Both the position numbers and the translations under genes were made by a program. From assembly GCA_963663765.2 (NCBI GenBank), contig CAXXUA010000005.1, positions 288,001 through 352,000 on the forward strand: a stretch of DNA of 64,000 nt, given 5' to 3'. This DNA comes from Candidatus Poribacteria bacterium. GTDB lineage: Bacteria > Poribacteria > WGA-4E > WGA-3G. How positions within the stretch are numbered: the stretch's first letter is position 1; each line of letters opens with the position of its first letter. Positions 51,335 to 62,002 of this stretch are shown piece by piece. The notes under the pieces are model-generated. The model ran no database searches, was not told where the DNA came from, and saw nothing but the letters and a program-made list of their open reading frames with translations.

Positions 51335-53440
51335 TCATTTATTACTTGCTGGGATCAATTCCTCAGCAACACTCGCGGGTACTTCTCTATAATGTGCAAA
51401 CTCCATAGAATAATTGGCCCGTCCTTGAGTCAACGAACGCAGAGATTTGACGTAACCAAACATCTCTGAAAGTGGCACATCTACTTGAACGACTTGTACT
51501 CGAGATTTTGCTTGTACTTCTGTGTCTTGGATATGTGCGCGTCGGGAATTAAGATCACCAATCACCTTTCCAAGATACTCATCCGGGACGATTACCTCAA
51601 CTCCCATAATAGGTTCAAGTAAGACTGAACCTGCTTGTTTTGCTGCATCTTTAAACGCTATTGAACCCGCAATGGAAAATGCCATTTCTGATGAATCTAC
51701 TTGGTGGTAAGAACCATCAACAAGACGAACACCCACATCAACAACTGGATAACCTGCTAAAGTACCAACATTCATAGCATTCTCAATTCCTTTGCGAACC
51801 GAAGAGATGTATTCCTGTGGGATCACGCCACCCTTAGTTTCATCAACGAATTCAAATCCAGATCCTTTTTCAAGGGGTGTCACTTCTATTACAACATGAC
51901 CGAACTGCCCTCTACCACCTGATTGTCGAACGAATCTACCTTCTGCCTTCACTGGTTTCAGAAGTGTCTCCCGATATGCCACTTCAGGTGAACCGACATT
52001 CGCGGAAACGTTAAACTCTCTTACAAGCCTATCCACAATGATTTCTAAGTGAAGTTCACCCATCCCAGATAGCAGTGTCTGACCAGTATCCGGGTCTTGA
52101 TGTACTTTAAATGTTGGGTCTTCCTCAGCCAATTTTGAAAGGGCAAGGTTCAATTTATCAATATCGGATTGTGAACGCGGTTCTATTGCAATTGCCATCA
52201 CAGGTAAAGGAAAAACCATAGTCTCCAAGGCGATAGGTGCTTTCGGATCACAGATGGTGTCCCCCGTAGACAAATCTTTTAATCCAATTGCAGCAACTAT
52301 ATCACCGGCACTCACAGACTGATGTTCTTCGCGTTTGTTAGCGTGCATTTGCATCAACCTACCAATCCGGTCAAATTTTTCCCGTTTGCTGTTAAAAACA
52401 GTGTCCCCTTTGCGCAATTCGCCAGAATAGACGCGCAGGTATGTTAGTTTACCAACATGTGGATCAGTCGTAATTTTAAATGCAAGTGCACAAAATGGTG
52501 CGTTCTCGTCAGCGTTACGGGATTCTTCTTCTTGAGTTTTTGGATTTATACCAAGGACAGGTTTGACATCAGTTGGAGAAGGTAGGTAAGAGACAATTCC
52601 ATCTAAGAGCGGTTGGACACCTTTGTTTTTTAACGCACTTCCACAAAGCACTGGGACAACTTTGCCATTGAGCACTGCTTGCCTCAATCCAATCTTGATT
52701 TCCTCGGGTGTTATCTCTACACCATCAAGATATTTAACTAACAGTTCATCGTCCCATTCCGCAACTGCTGCAAATAAATGGTCCCTATATTCATGAACCA
52801 TCTCTTCCATTTCTACGGGAATATCGGTTTCATGAACTACTGTACCTTGACTGCCATCATCCCATAACTGTCCTTTCATGGAAATAAGGTCAACAATTCC
52901 TTTGAATTGTTCAGCGGAACCGATTGGAAGTTGTATAGGAACAGCTGTTGCACCCAAACGTTCTCCCATCATTTCAACGGTCCTGAAAAAGTCAGCACCG
53001 GTTCTATCCATCTTATTGACATAAGCTATACGAGGGATTTCATATTTATCCGCTTGACGCCACACAGTTTCGGATTGTGGTTCAACACCACCAACTGCAC
53101 AGAACACAGCGACCGCTCCGTCAAGAACACGTAAAGACCGTTCAACTTCAACTGTAAAGTCAATATGTCCTGGTGTATCAATGATATTGATACAGTGTTC
53201 TTTCCAGTTGCAAGTAGTGGCTGCAGCAGTTATCGTAATGCCGCGTTCCTGTTCCTGCACCATCCAGTCCATTGTAGTTGTGCCATCGTCCACCTCACCA
53301 ATCCGATACACTCTACCCGTATAGAATAGAATACGTTCGGTGACAGTGGTCTTGCCAGCGTCAATGTGAGCCATAATACCGATGTTTCGCGTATGCGATA
53401 GGGCTGACCTGCGAGGCACCCTTTGATTTCTGTCTGCCAC
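51335..53440 (-). CDS. fusA: Elongation factor G
   Basis: [18 protein letters not shown] and GMGELHL motifs. Confidence 0.98.
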   Translation of the reverse strand: MADRNQRVPRRSALSHTRNIGIMAHIDAGKTTVTERILFYTGRVYRIGEVDDGTTTMDWMVQEQERGITITAAATTCNWKEHCINIIDTPGHIDFTVEVERSLRVLDGAVAVFCAVGGVEPQSETVWRQADKYEIPRIAYVNKMDRTGADFFRTVEMMGERLGATAVPIQLPIGSAEQFKGIVDLISMKGQLWDDGSQGTVVHETDIPVEMEEMVHEYRDHLFAAVAEWDDELLVKYLDGVEITPEEIKIGLRQAVLNGKVVPVLCGSALKNKGVQPLLDGIVSYLPSPTDVKPVLGINPKTQEEESRNADENAPFCALAFKITTDPHVGKLTYLRVYSGELRKGDTVFNSKREKFDRIGRLMQMHANKREEHQSVSAGDIVAAIGLKDLSTGDTICDPKAPIALETMVFPLPVMAIAIEPRSQSDIDKLNLALSKLAEEDPTFKVHQDPDTGQTLLSGMGELHLEIIVDRLVREFNVSANVGSPEVAYRETLLKPVKAEGRFVRQSGGRGQFGHVVIEVTPLEKGSGFEFVDETKGGVIPQEYISSVRKGIENAMNVGTLAGYPVVDVGVRLVDGSYHQVDSSEMAFSIAGSIAFKDAAKQAGSVLLEPIMGVEVIVPDEYLGKVIGDLNSRRAHIQDTEVQAKSRVQVVQVDVPLSEMFGYVKSLRSLTQGRANYSMEFAHYREVPASVAEELIPASNK

Positions 53441-53515
53441 AGTTTAACTACTCCCGTGTGAAAAAGATCTAAAATTGGTTCTAAATATTTGTATCAATTA
53501 GTATTTGCACTCTAA

Positions 53516-53986
53516 TTACCATCTATAATGTGCAAAAGCTCTATTTGCTTCTGCCATACGATGTTGGTCTCGCTTTCTATTTATTGCTGCACCTTCTTCT
53601 TTTGCTGCGTCCATAATTTCACCTGCTAAACGTAAAGCCATACCTTTTTCACCTCTACTTCGCGCAGATTGAATAATCCAATTAATTGCCAAAGTCGTAC
53701 GTCGTTCAGTTTTTACATCAACCGGAACTTGATATGTCTGACTTCCAACGCGCCGTGGTCTGATTTCAAGAACAGGTTTTACATTATTGATGGCTTGCCG
53801 AAAAACTGAAAAACCTTCCTCTTTGGTTCGGTCTTCAATAATCTGAAAACTGGAGTACACAATCCGTTGTGCAGTCCCTTTTTTACCATCCCACATCAGA
53901 TGGTTAATAAATTTTGAAACTAATTTGCTGTTATGAATGGCATCAGGGTTGACTTCCCTTTTTGCGACGTTTCCACGTCTCGGCAT
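53516..53986 (-). CDS. rpsG: 30S ribosomal protein S7
   Basis: MPRRG, RRVG..TYQVP and MAEANRAFAHYRW motifs. Confidence 0.97.
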   Translation of the reverse strand: MPRRGNVAKREVNPDAIHNSKLVSKFINHLMWDGKKGTAQRIVYSSFQIIEDRTKEEGFSVFRQAINNVKPVLEIRPRRVGSQTYQVPVDVKTERRTTLAINWIIQSARSRGEKGMALRLAGEIMDAAKEEGAAINRKRDQHRMAEANRAFAHYRW

Positions 53987-54086
53987 CTATAACTCCTCCA
54001 AAAAATCGTGAATAGCTCGCTCCAACTTATATATATTTATTTTCATCGTGTTTACTGAATTACAAAACTCTTAATATCTCAAATAA

Positions 54087-54461
54087 TTATTCAGGTTTCC
54101 GCGCGCCATATTTGGAACGTCCTTGGCGACGGTTTTCAACACCAGCGGTGTCTAATTTTCCACGAACAATGTGGTAACGCACGTTTGATAAATCTTTTAC
54201 TCTTCCGCCACGCACTAAAACCTGTGAGTGTTCCTGCAAATTGTGATCAATACCTGGAATATAGCAGGTCGCTTCATCAGAAGACGAAGAAAACCGGACA
54301 CGCGCTACTTTCCGTAAAGCTGAGTTCGGCTTATTCGGTGTTACTGTCTTCACCTGTAAGCAGATACCTCTACGCTGCGGACACTGCTGCAGTATCGGGG
54401 ATTTCGTCTTTTTACGATATTTTTTACGCGGTTTTTTGATTAACTGATTGATTGTCGGCAT
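54087..54461 (-). CDS. rpsL: 30S ribosomal protein S12 with substitutions in both conserved decoding loops
   Basis: MPTINQL, PNSALRK, HNLQEHS and RSKYG motifs. Confidence 0.97.
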   Translation of the reverse strand: MPTINQLIKKPRKKYRKKTKSPILQQCPQRRGICLQVKTVTPNKPNSALRKVARVRFSSSSDEATCYIPGIDHNLQEHSQVLVRGGRVKDLSNVRYHIVRGKLDTAGVENRRQGRSKYGARKPE

Positions 54462-54634
54462 CTCCACTCCTCACTGACAATTTGACAACTTTTTGACAAA
54501 AGAAAAGCCCTCACAGGGCTTAATTCAACTGAACACAATAACGTTGCTCTGAAAAACTACGTTAGACTGCTTCCAAATTGAATGCCTCCTGTGTTTCTCT
54601 CAATAAAAAACTTACTGCTACACTCAAAACTTTA

Positions 54635-54663
54635 ATTATAATATGGTTTCTGTGATTTGTCAA
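54635..54663 (-). promoter_or_regulatory. Consensus sigma70 promoter of the str operon
   Basis: Perfect TTGACA-17 nt-TATAAT upstream of rpsL. Confidence 0.85.
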
Positions 54664-54664
54664 G

Positions 54665-55624
54665 TTAAATTAGAAAAATTGTGAATATATTTAGATTTTT
54701 ATTGCGAATTTGTTGACTTCTTTTAGATTTATCGAAAAAATCGTAGAATTTACGACAGATGGACAGGAAACGTAGGTACAAAACTTTGGATTTCGGAGGA
54801 ATAGGTTTATAAAGTGGTTTCCCAGCTTCAATCGCATCAATATGCAGTCTTACTTGCCATGACTGTGGATGGTCGTTTGCCAATGCTTTCTTATAGCAAA
54901 CCCATGCAGCCTTAACATCACCTAACTTTTCAAACGCTTCACCTAAAGTAAGAAATCCAGCCTTTGGGTTCAAACGGTTTACCTGTTTCAAGTAAGGTAT
55001 GGCTTCTTTTGGTTTGTCGTCCAAAACTAATACACTTGCTAAAGATACTAAAGCGTTTATTGAATTTGGTTCAATTTCAAGTATCTCTCGATAGACTTGG
55101 GCTCTTTCGGTAAAACAATCTTTGTGCCAAGGGATCAGAACGTCAGCAAGGTAATATCTCGCTTCAAGTTCAATCGCGGTACCAGGATTTTCTACTATCG
55201 CACGTTCCGTATATTCACGGGATTCGGGTCTATGACCTATTGTTCTTATGTATTGGTAGGCACGCACTGTATCCAAACGTTTGAGAAGAGCAAGGTTTAA
55301 TACATCAAATGACAATAGATAGTCAACTGCTTGTTCAGGATCCATATCACCACATAAAATTTCCAATTCTTTTTCATGATACTCATCTGGATACACCTCA
55401 TAGTCAAATGCTGCGCTGTCCCTTGATTCAAAGGTGAATGTTTTGATTATCTTATCCTTATACTGAAGTCGTAAAGTCTTAAGTTGCTGCCTAACTTTTT
55501 CTGGAAGTGGTTGTGTTTCTCTCCTATTCTGTCTATAAGAATAGGAGTGTGTCGCATTATCAGGTGCTTCTTCACGTTTATTTCTTGATGTATGTGGAGA
55601 ATGATCATGAGTTGGGCATTCCAT
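54665..55624 (-). CDS. Tetratricopeptide repeat protein
   Basis: YREILEIEPNSINALVSLA, EAIPYLKQ and LGEAFEKLGD...YKKAL repeats. Confidence 0.7.
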   Translation of the reverse strand: MECPTHDHSPHTSRNKREEAPDNATHSYSYRQNRRETQPLPEKVRQQLKTLRLQYKDKIIKTFTFESRDSAAFDYEVYPDEYHEKELEILCGDMDPEQAVDYLLSFDVLNLALLKRLDTVRAYQYIRTIGHRPESREYTERAIVENPGTAIELEARYYLADVLIPWHKDCFTERAQVYREILEIEPNSINALVSLASVLVLDDKPKEAIPYLKQVNRLNPKAGFLTLGEAFEKLGDVKAAWVCYKKALANDHPQSWQVRLHIDAIEAGKPLYKPIPPKSKVLYLRFLSICRKFYDFFDKSKRSQQIRNKNLNIFTIFLI

Positions 55625-55807
55625 ATGTTATCTCCTTAACAACTGTATTAGACTGTGTTTTACAAGTATCACCATGGATTTTCACAGTTCATAAGAAATT
55701 CAGTTTCAAATATCAAATGTTACAAATAAATCTCATGTCCGTTCATAGTCTTGTTTCATATTTTGCGTGAAAACCTATATGGTAGATTTTGTACTCTTCG
55801 TTATTTT

Positions 55808-57043
55808 TTACTCTTCTACTATCTCTTTTCCGCGTAGAATTACGTTCTGAACGGTAATATTTTCATCAACAATAACAATATCTGCAGCTTTATTAGGGGC
55901 AATTGAACCGACACGATCATCAATACCTAAATTCTGAGCGGGTGTTAAGGTCGCCATTGTTAACGCTTCTTCTAACGAAAATCCCCAACTTACGACATTA
56001 CAAACACCCTCCATAAGCGTAATAATCGCACCTGCCAGACGTTCTGTAGGTTTGCCGACATCTAACCACATTGCACCGTCCTTTATGTATTTATAGGTAT
56101 CAACATCTGCTTTGTCATTGAGTCGATAGGCATCAAGTTCATTTTCGTAGACAGCATCTTTCTGCCAATCTTCTGCTGAAAGTCCCGCATGTTCCGTGCA
56201 ATCCGTAATCAAACCAACGCCTGAAATGCCCTTATGTTGTATCAGTTGCATACCCCAAAAGGGATGGACGTGGTGTTCATCAACAATCAATTCTGCATGT
56301 ATGTTAGGGTGTTCTAAAACGGCTTCAAGTGCGCCAAGGTCGCGGTGGTGCATGCCGCTCATACCATTGTAGGCATGTGTAGCACGGGTCACACCGGCAT
56401 CAATTGCTTCCATCGCTTGTTGATAGGTAGCGTTTGTGTGTCCCATTGCAATGACGATGTTGTTGTACGCATCAGCCTTAATTTCCGCAAGATGTCTGAT
56501 AAACTGCAGATTTTCATCGTTTTCAGGAGCGACTGAAATTACCTTTAAGGTGCCATCCGAGGCTGCCCACATAGAATGAAATTCTTCAAAATTTGGGGGT
56601 GTGATATACTTTGCGTTCTGTGCTCCATTTTTAGCAAGACTCCCAAATTTACCCTCAACATACGAACCTATAATCCTTGCGCCGTCTTCAACTGGATTGT
56701 CTGCGACCTTCGCAATCGCAGTTAAGGAAGCATTTATCTGCTCCATACTCCCAGAGGAGATACCCACTACTAAAGACGTTACACCGTTAGCAGCATGTGC
56801 TCGCGCAATTGTTTCAATGTCCTCAACCTTGCCTGTCATACTATCTACACCACCACCACCGTGAATCAACCCGTCAATCAGTCCAGGAATTACAAGACAT
56901 CCAGACGCATCAATGACATTGTCCGACGGTGGCAGTTGTTCTTTTGTTATTGCTGAAATTGTATCACCTTGAATGACGAGATTACCTGGACCGAAATGTG
57001 TAGGTGTATAGATGTCGCCATTTAATATCGTTAGTGTATCCAT
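55808..57043 (-). CDS. nagA: N-acetylglucosamine-6-phosphate deacetylase family amidohydrolase
   Basis: PGLID..IHG, EG, APE, MGHT, THAYNGM, ITD and TPAQNLG motifs; ATG start at 57043 inferred. Confidence 0.82.
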   Translation of the reverse strand: MDTLTILNGDIYTPTHFGPGNLVIQGDTISAITKEQLPPSDNVIDASGCLVIPGLIDGLIHGGGGVDSMTGKVEDIETIARAHAANGVTSLVVGISSGSMEQINASLTAIAKVADNPVEDGARIIGSYVEGKFGSLAKNGAQNAKYITPPNFEEFHSMWAASDGTLKVISVAPENDENLQFIRHLAEIKADAYNNIVIAMGHTNATYQQAMEAIDAGVTRATHAYNGMSGMHHRDLGALEAVLEHPNIHAELIVDEHHVHPFWGMQLIQHKGISGVGLITDCTEHAGLSAEDWQKDAVYENELDAYRLNDKADVDTYKYIKDGAMWLDVGKPTERLAGAIITLMEGVCNVVSWGFSLEEALTMATLTPAQNLGIDDRVGSIAPNKAADIVIVDENITVQNVILRGKEIVEE

Positions 57044-57062
57044 ATCTACCAAGTTCTCTTTC

Positions 57063-57695
57063 CTAATTCTGTTTTGAAACCCAGAGAACACTTTGTGCAA
57101 GAAATCTCAAGAAAGGTTCTAACGCAAAATCTTTTTGATGTCCTAATGAAGTATAACAGACACGTCCACCGTTATGCAAACGTGTCCATGCTACAGGTTC
57201 TGAATATTCGTCTGTATGCCCCATCAGAAGCACAGATGTATCATCGCGAAGCGATGGATTCTTGTAAAGACTTCCAAAACTTTCAAACTTTGGAATTCCA
57301 TCCAGAATTGCATGTTCTGGCACTATAAATTCTAATTGGACAGCAGGACCCTTCCCAAAATGTCCTTGATAATCTCCACCTAATACGTCCTTATCAAATT
57401 CCAACCAGTTTTGATACGCATGGCTTGCAGTTCTGATTCCGACAAGGGGTCTACCTTGTTCACAGTAGTTTTGAAATTGCATAAGAGATCTTCCGGAAGT
57501 ATTGAGGCGGCGTGTAAAAACTAACAAGACATCTGCATCATCTAATCCATCTAAAGGCGGGTTATCATCTTCTGATTTGTAGACAATCAAATTGGATTTG
57601 ATTGGATAGTTTTTCTCAACATAAGTTCTAAAGATATTCAATGAAGTTTCAGACTCGTATTCAAAAGAACCGGAAAGCATGCACAAATTTAGCAC
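57063..57695 (-). CDS. ThuA-like (class I glutamine amidotransferase-like) domain protein
   Basis: LVGIRTASHA and EPVAWTR...GGRVCYTSLGH motifs. Confidence 0.82.
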   Translation of the reverse strand: MLNLCMLSGSFEYESETSLNIFRTYVEKNYPIKSNLIVYKSEDDNPPLDGLDDADVLLVFTRRLNTSGRSLMQFQNYCEQGRPLVGIRTASHAYQNWLEFDKDVLGGDYQGHFGKGPAVQLEFIVPEHAILDGIPKFESFGSLYKNPSLRDDTSVLLMGHTDEYSEPVAWTRLHNGGRVCYTSLGHQKDFALEPFLRFLAQSVLWVSKQN

Positions 57696-57726
57696 AGGAT
57701 TACTCCAAAAAAGCGATCAATCTATT

Positions 57727-58230
57727 CTACTTCTTTTCTAAAAACAGAAAACTGTAGGGATATGGATTTTTTTCGTCCGCTTCAAAGTCAGACCGTTTCA
57801 CTTCTTCCCACGTATTCCAATCAAATTCAGGAAAATAGACATCTCCCTCAAAAGTTGCGTGAACCTGTGTAAGATAAAGCCGACTTGCATAGGGCAAAAA
57901 TGCTGCGTAGATAGGGGCACCCCCACAAATCATAAGTTCGTCTCCGTAGTGTTCTGAAAGTGTTTCTGCAGTATTGATGACATCCACAGCTGAATGTGAC
58001 ACGATACAGTTTTCCGGTGCTTGATAGTTGCGGTTGCGGGTAAGGATAATGTTTTTCCGTTTAACTAACGGACGAGGAAGTGTTTCAAACGTTTTACGTC
58101 CCATCACGACAGGTTTACCGATGGTCATCTCGCGAAAGTGTTGCAGATCGGCCGGTAACCGCCAAGGGATATGTGGACCATTGCCAATAAGTCGGTTTCT
58201 ATCTGTGGCCGCAATTATTGAGATTAGCAA
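57727..58230 (-). CDS. folA: Dihydrofolate reductase
   Basis: IPWRLPADL, VMGRKTF, GGAPIY and GDVYFP motifs. Confidence 0.96.
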   Translation of the reverse strand: MLISIIAATDRNRLIGNGPHIPWRLPADLQHFREMTIGKPVVMGRKTFETLPRPLVKRKNIILTRNRNYQAPENCIVSHSAVDVINTAETLSEHYGDELMICGGAPIYAAFLPYASRLYLTQVHATFEGDVYFPEFDWNTWEEVKRSDFEADEKNPYPYSFLFLEKK

Positions 58231-58269
58231 TTATTCTAAGACTCCTACAGTTCACATTACGACTAAATT

Positions 58270-58962
58270 TCACCGATCCTGCATTTGTTCTGAGACAATT
58301 TCAATAGTCCTTGTCCACCTGAGTTCATCTCCCCAGAAACTGCTACCTTCTGAACTACTTCCCATTTCCTCATGTGGTTCTAAAAAATCTTGAATAGGTA
58401 TTTTTCGTTTCAACCTTTTCCCATTAAAATAGAAATGTAATGTATTATCGTTAATGAGCCTAAAGTTGTCAGGTGGATTAATCTTAGTTCGTGAAGAACG
58501 TTTACTACTGTTGATTTCTTCAATTGAGTAATGCAGCATAAGCCAGTTACTTGTTCGGAAAATAGCGTATGCCTCGCGCAACCTAAAACCTTTGGTAACC
58601 TTGGATTTTGCTAAGGGAGGGGTGAACGCACTCATTGGATCCTCTTCTGCAGTAAAATGGAAAAGTGTCAACCCATCTAACCTATTTGTACCTCTGAATA
58701 GAATGTTATCGCTAAGTCCATTAAACGGCAATGAAAGAGGGACAATCTGTTTTTCTGTTATTTTATCTCTATTGAATTCTATGATCATTTGGTCGGTCTT
58801 GAGTTGGGCACTGACTATTTTCCACTTGTCTGGCATTCGAACCCATACTGTAAAACAATCACGATTACCACCATATCCAGAATAGACAAGTTCCTGTTGT
58901 TCAACTTGACAACTAACACTCAGTAGTAGAAGAATAATAACACATAATAACCGAGTTTTCAT
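58270..58962 (-). CDS. Hypothetical lipoprotein
   Basis: Lipobox LSVSC; distant paralog of the upstream gene. Confidence 0.7.
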   Translation of the reverse strand: MKTRLLCVIILLLLSVSCQVEQQELVYSGYGGNRDCFTVWVRMPDKWKIVSAQLKTDQMIIEFNRDKITEKQIVPLSLPFNGLSDNILFRGTNRLDGLTLFHFTAEEDPMSAFTPPLAKSKVTKGFRLREAYAIFRTSNWLMLHYSIEEINSSKRSSRTKINPPDNFRLINDNTLHFYFNGKRLKRKIPIQDFLEPHEEMGSSSEGSSFWGDELRWTRTIEIVSEQMQDR

Positions 58963-58998
58963 CTGATTACTCTCCGCATTTAATGGAGGAGGGGTTTT

Positions 58999-59799
58999 TT
59001 AACGGTCTATTAAATTCTGACGGTTAAAGGATCGGTTTCTATTTGGAGCAACCCTGGTCGGTTGGTTTCTATTTGCAATAACATTAAAATTCACGAGAAA
59101 AATATCATCACCAATTTTCTTCTTACCCTCAACTTTCGCATTTTCATGGGGTTGCAAGTGGCCAAGCGGAATCCTAATATATTCATTGAGGATTTCTGGA
59201 TCCTCAATGCTGACATTCATAACTCTATTTCCATCTGTAGCATACTCAACATTTTTAAATTTAGCGTGAGGTTTAAGCTCAACACGTAATCCCAATCTTG
59301 AAGTCTTCAAGGACGGTTTCAACACACTTGAAAGAAAACAATATGCAGTGATTCTGTCCCCAACGCGAAATGTGCCTATATTCTTAAAGGGACCAGCTTT
59401 ATTTGGTAGGTTTTTCATCCGCCAACCACTCCAGTTAAAGTGAAAAGACAACTTACCTGGTCTCGGAGGAGATATCTTTAAATGAACAACACCATACCCG
59501 TTTATCCTGTCTGTCCCTATAATTCTTGCAGTTTCATAAGGTTCAATGAGTTTAAACTCAAAATCGGTTTGAAGTGAGGTGATGCGTTTCTTAATATTCT
59601 TACCATCATCAATATTTACATGCAGTTCCTGTTTTTCAAGTGTCGCATCAACAATTCTTGACTTGTTGTTCATAGACAAAAATACTAATAACGTGTCATT
59701 AATTCGATAGAATTTATAACCCGGTGTAGATTTTCCGCAACCACCAAGTACTATTGTAACACTAATGAAGAATGCTATCAGACCTTTTGTTATAGTCAT
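58999..59799 (-). CDS. Hypothetical lipoprotein
   Basis: Lipobox LGGC; distant paralog of the downstream gene. Confidence 0.7.
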   Translation of the reverse strand: MTITKGLIAFFISVTIVLGGCGKSTPGYKFYRINDTLLVFLSMNNKSRIVDATLEKQELHVNIDDGKNIKKRITSLQTDFEFKLIEPYETARIIGTDRINGYGVVHLKISPPRPGKLSFHFNWSGWRMKNLPNKAGPFKNIGTFRVGDRITAYCFLSSVLKPSLKTSRLGLRVELKPHAKFKNVEYATDGNRVMNVSIEDPEILNEYIRIPLGHLQPHENAKVEGKKKIGDDIFLVNFNVIANRNQPTRVAPNRNRSFNRQNLIDR

Positions 59800-59811
59800 T
59801 TCAGATAACCT

Positions 59812-60609
59812 TTACACTATCATCTTAGCACGAATTGCATCGTGATGTTGATAGTTTTCTAACTGTAAATCTTGGATTCTGAAGTTGTCAATTGTGGTGA
59901 CATTAGTGTTCAGGACAAGTTCTGGTAATGGGTAAGGTTGTCGTTTGAGTTGTATTTTTACCTGATCAAAATGTGAGTGGTAGATATGTGCATCTCCTAA
60001 TACATGGACAAACTCACTCGGTTGAAGATCAGTTACCTGAGCAACCATTGATAGCAACAACGAGTAGGACGCTATATTAAATGGAACACCGAGAAACATA
60101 TCGCAACTACGTTGATACATCTGCAACGACAATTTGCCATCTGCTACGAAGAATTGAAAGAACATGTGACACGGTGCCAACGCCATTTGATCCAATTCTG
60201 CTGGATTCCAAGCTGTAACTACATGCCGACGACTGTTAGGATACGACTTTATTTGTTCAATCACATCAGCCAGTTGGTCAATTCTACCGTTCTCTTTTCG
60301 CCATCTGCGCCATTGCACACCATATATGCACCCCAGCAACCCGTCTCGACCCCAAGCTGCCGCATTTGCATTCCATATCTGTGTGCCGAGTTTCTGAAAT
60401 TGTTTAACGTGATCGTATCCACGCAGAAATCCCAGAAGTTCTGCTTTAACAGAACGAAAGGCAAGTTTTTTTGTGGTAACTGCGGGAAACCCATCTTCTA
60501 AGTTGTATCGCATCTGCATGCCGAACAACGCGCGAGTCATCCCGTTTCTACCTTCACGGTCAACACCTGCGTCCAATACTTGCTGTAGTCCTTCAAGATA
60601 CTGTTTCAT
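59812..60609 (-). CDS. thyA: Thymidylate synthase
   Basis: TTKK, YGVQWR, LAPCH and QRSCDMFLGVPFNIASY motifs. Confidence 0.97.
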   Translation of the reverse strand: MKQYLEGLQQVLDAGVDREGRNGMTRALFGMQMRYNLEDGFPAVTTKKLAFRSVKAELLGFLRGYDHVKQFQKLGTQIWNANAAAWGRDGLLGCIYGVQWRRWRKENGRIDQLADVIEQIKSYPNSRRHVVTAWNPAELDQMALAPCHMFFQFFVADGKLSLQMYQRSCDMFLGVPFNIASYSLLLSMVAQVTDLQPSEFVHVLGDAHIYHSHFDQVKIQLKRQPYPLPELVLNTNVTTIDNFRIQDLQLENYQHHDAIRAKMIV

Positions 60610-60680
60610 ATTTACTACTATAACTCCTTAATTATCAATGACGTTTTTGTGCATATAAAAACGTCATTAGAAGTATATAG

Positions 60681-61112
60681 TTACCGATCTGTGCTGCCGA
60701 AACCACCTCGAGATGCAGCGGACATCTGATCAACTTCATTCCATGCTGCTGTATCCACCCGCACAAAAACACCTTGCGCAATCCGACTGCCTCTTTCAAT
60801 CGGCACAGGTTCATCGGTGAAATTGTACACCTGAATTTTGAGTTCATCCTCTTCGCCGCAATAGTCATTGTCAACAATACCAACTCCTTGTGCCATCATC
60901 AAACCGAATTTACGTGGAGTACTACTACGTAAACATACTAATAGCATGTAACCGGGAGGTGTTTCTACGATAACGTTCGCAGGAATTAAGACTATGCTGT
61001 GGGGTGCGATTTCTGCGGATTCCCTACATAATAGATCAAACCCAACAGATCCGTCGGTTTCGTATTTCGGTAATGGTAGGCTTTTGTCTACCCGTTTGAT
61101 TTTCACATTCAC
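60681..61112 (-). CDS. dut: Trimeric dUTP diphosphatase
   Basis: GFDL, RSS, GIVDNDY.G, RIAQ and RGGFGST motifs. Confidence 0.93.
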   Translation of the reverse strand: MNVKIKRVDKSLPLPKYETDGSVGFDLLCRESAEIAPHSIVLIPANVIVETPPGYMLLVCLRSSTPRKFGLMMAQGVGIVDNDYCGEEDELKIQVYNFTDEPVPIERGSRIAQGVFVRVDTAAWNEVDQMSAASRGGFGSTDR

Positions 61113-62002
61113 TATGACACCGCTATCCCTTCTACCTTACACTCTACGCGATAAAGTGATGTACTTGCAGTGATAAAGAGGCTTTTCCAATAATCACCAC
61201 CCCATGCAAGATTCGCAGAACGTTCAGGCACGAGGATTACGCCAAGATGCGTGGAATCTGGAGCGAAAACCCAAATACCGTTCGGACCTGTTACATAAAC
61301 ATTACCTTTTACATCTACCTTCATGCCATCCGGTTTTCCGTTCCCACCCTTTTCTTTAGCAAAGACTCGCCCGTTTGCAATGGTCCCATCCTCTTGAACA
61401 TCAAACGCACGGATATGCATCTTTTGTGTGTCGTTTATGTATAGAATAGACTCATCAGGTGAGAAGCAGATACCGTTGGGTCTATCAAAATCATCAATAA
61501 GCAATGTCAAGGTTGTGCCATCTGGTGATAAACGGTATACACCGTGAAAATCAAGCTCTTTTTTGGAGTCTGAACCCGATAGTCCATACGGAGGATCCGT
61601 AAAATAGATGCTACCATCAGTTTTGACAACAATATCATTCGGACTGTTCAGACGTTTCCCTTCATATTGTGAAGCGATTGAGATTACATCTCCATCCGCT
61701 GTTGTCCGAGACACACGGCGGTTTGCATGCTCACAAGTAATCAGATGACCACCTTTATCGTAAGTTAATCCGTTTGATTTTCCAGAAGGATCTCTGAAAA
61801 CCGTCATACCAGATTCTTCATCCCATCGCCGTATTTTGTTCTCAGGAATATCACTAAAAAGTAAATACCTACCGACAGAATGCCATAGGGGACCTTCCGT
61901 GAATTTGCATCCTGTTGCTAATTGCTCTATTTTTGCTTCAGCATCAATTAAATCTAATAAACGTTTATCACGTACATCAAGTGTCATGTTTATTCCTTTC
62001 AA
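61112..62002 (-). CDS. SMP-30/gluconolactonase family protein
   Basis: FTEGPLW, LNSPND, FTDPPYG, PNGICFSPD and PDGMKVD motifs. Confidence 0.93.
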   Translation of the reverse strand: MKGINMTLDVRDKRLLDLIDAEAKIEQLATGCKFTEGPLWHSVGRYLLFSDIPENKIRRWDEESGMTVFRDPSGKSNGLTYDKGGHLITCEHANRRVSRTTADGDVISIASQYEGKRLNSPNDIVVKTDGSIYFTDPPYGLSGSDSKKELDFHGVYRLSPDGTTLTLLIDDFDRPNGICFSPDESILYINDTQKMHIRAFDVQEDGTIANGRVFAKEKGGNGKPDGMKVDVKGNVYVTGPNGIWVFAPDSTHLGVILVPERSANLAWGGDYWKSLFITASTSLYRVECKVEGIAVS

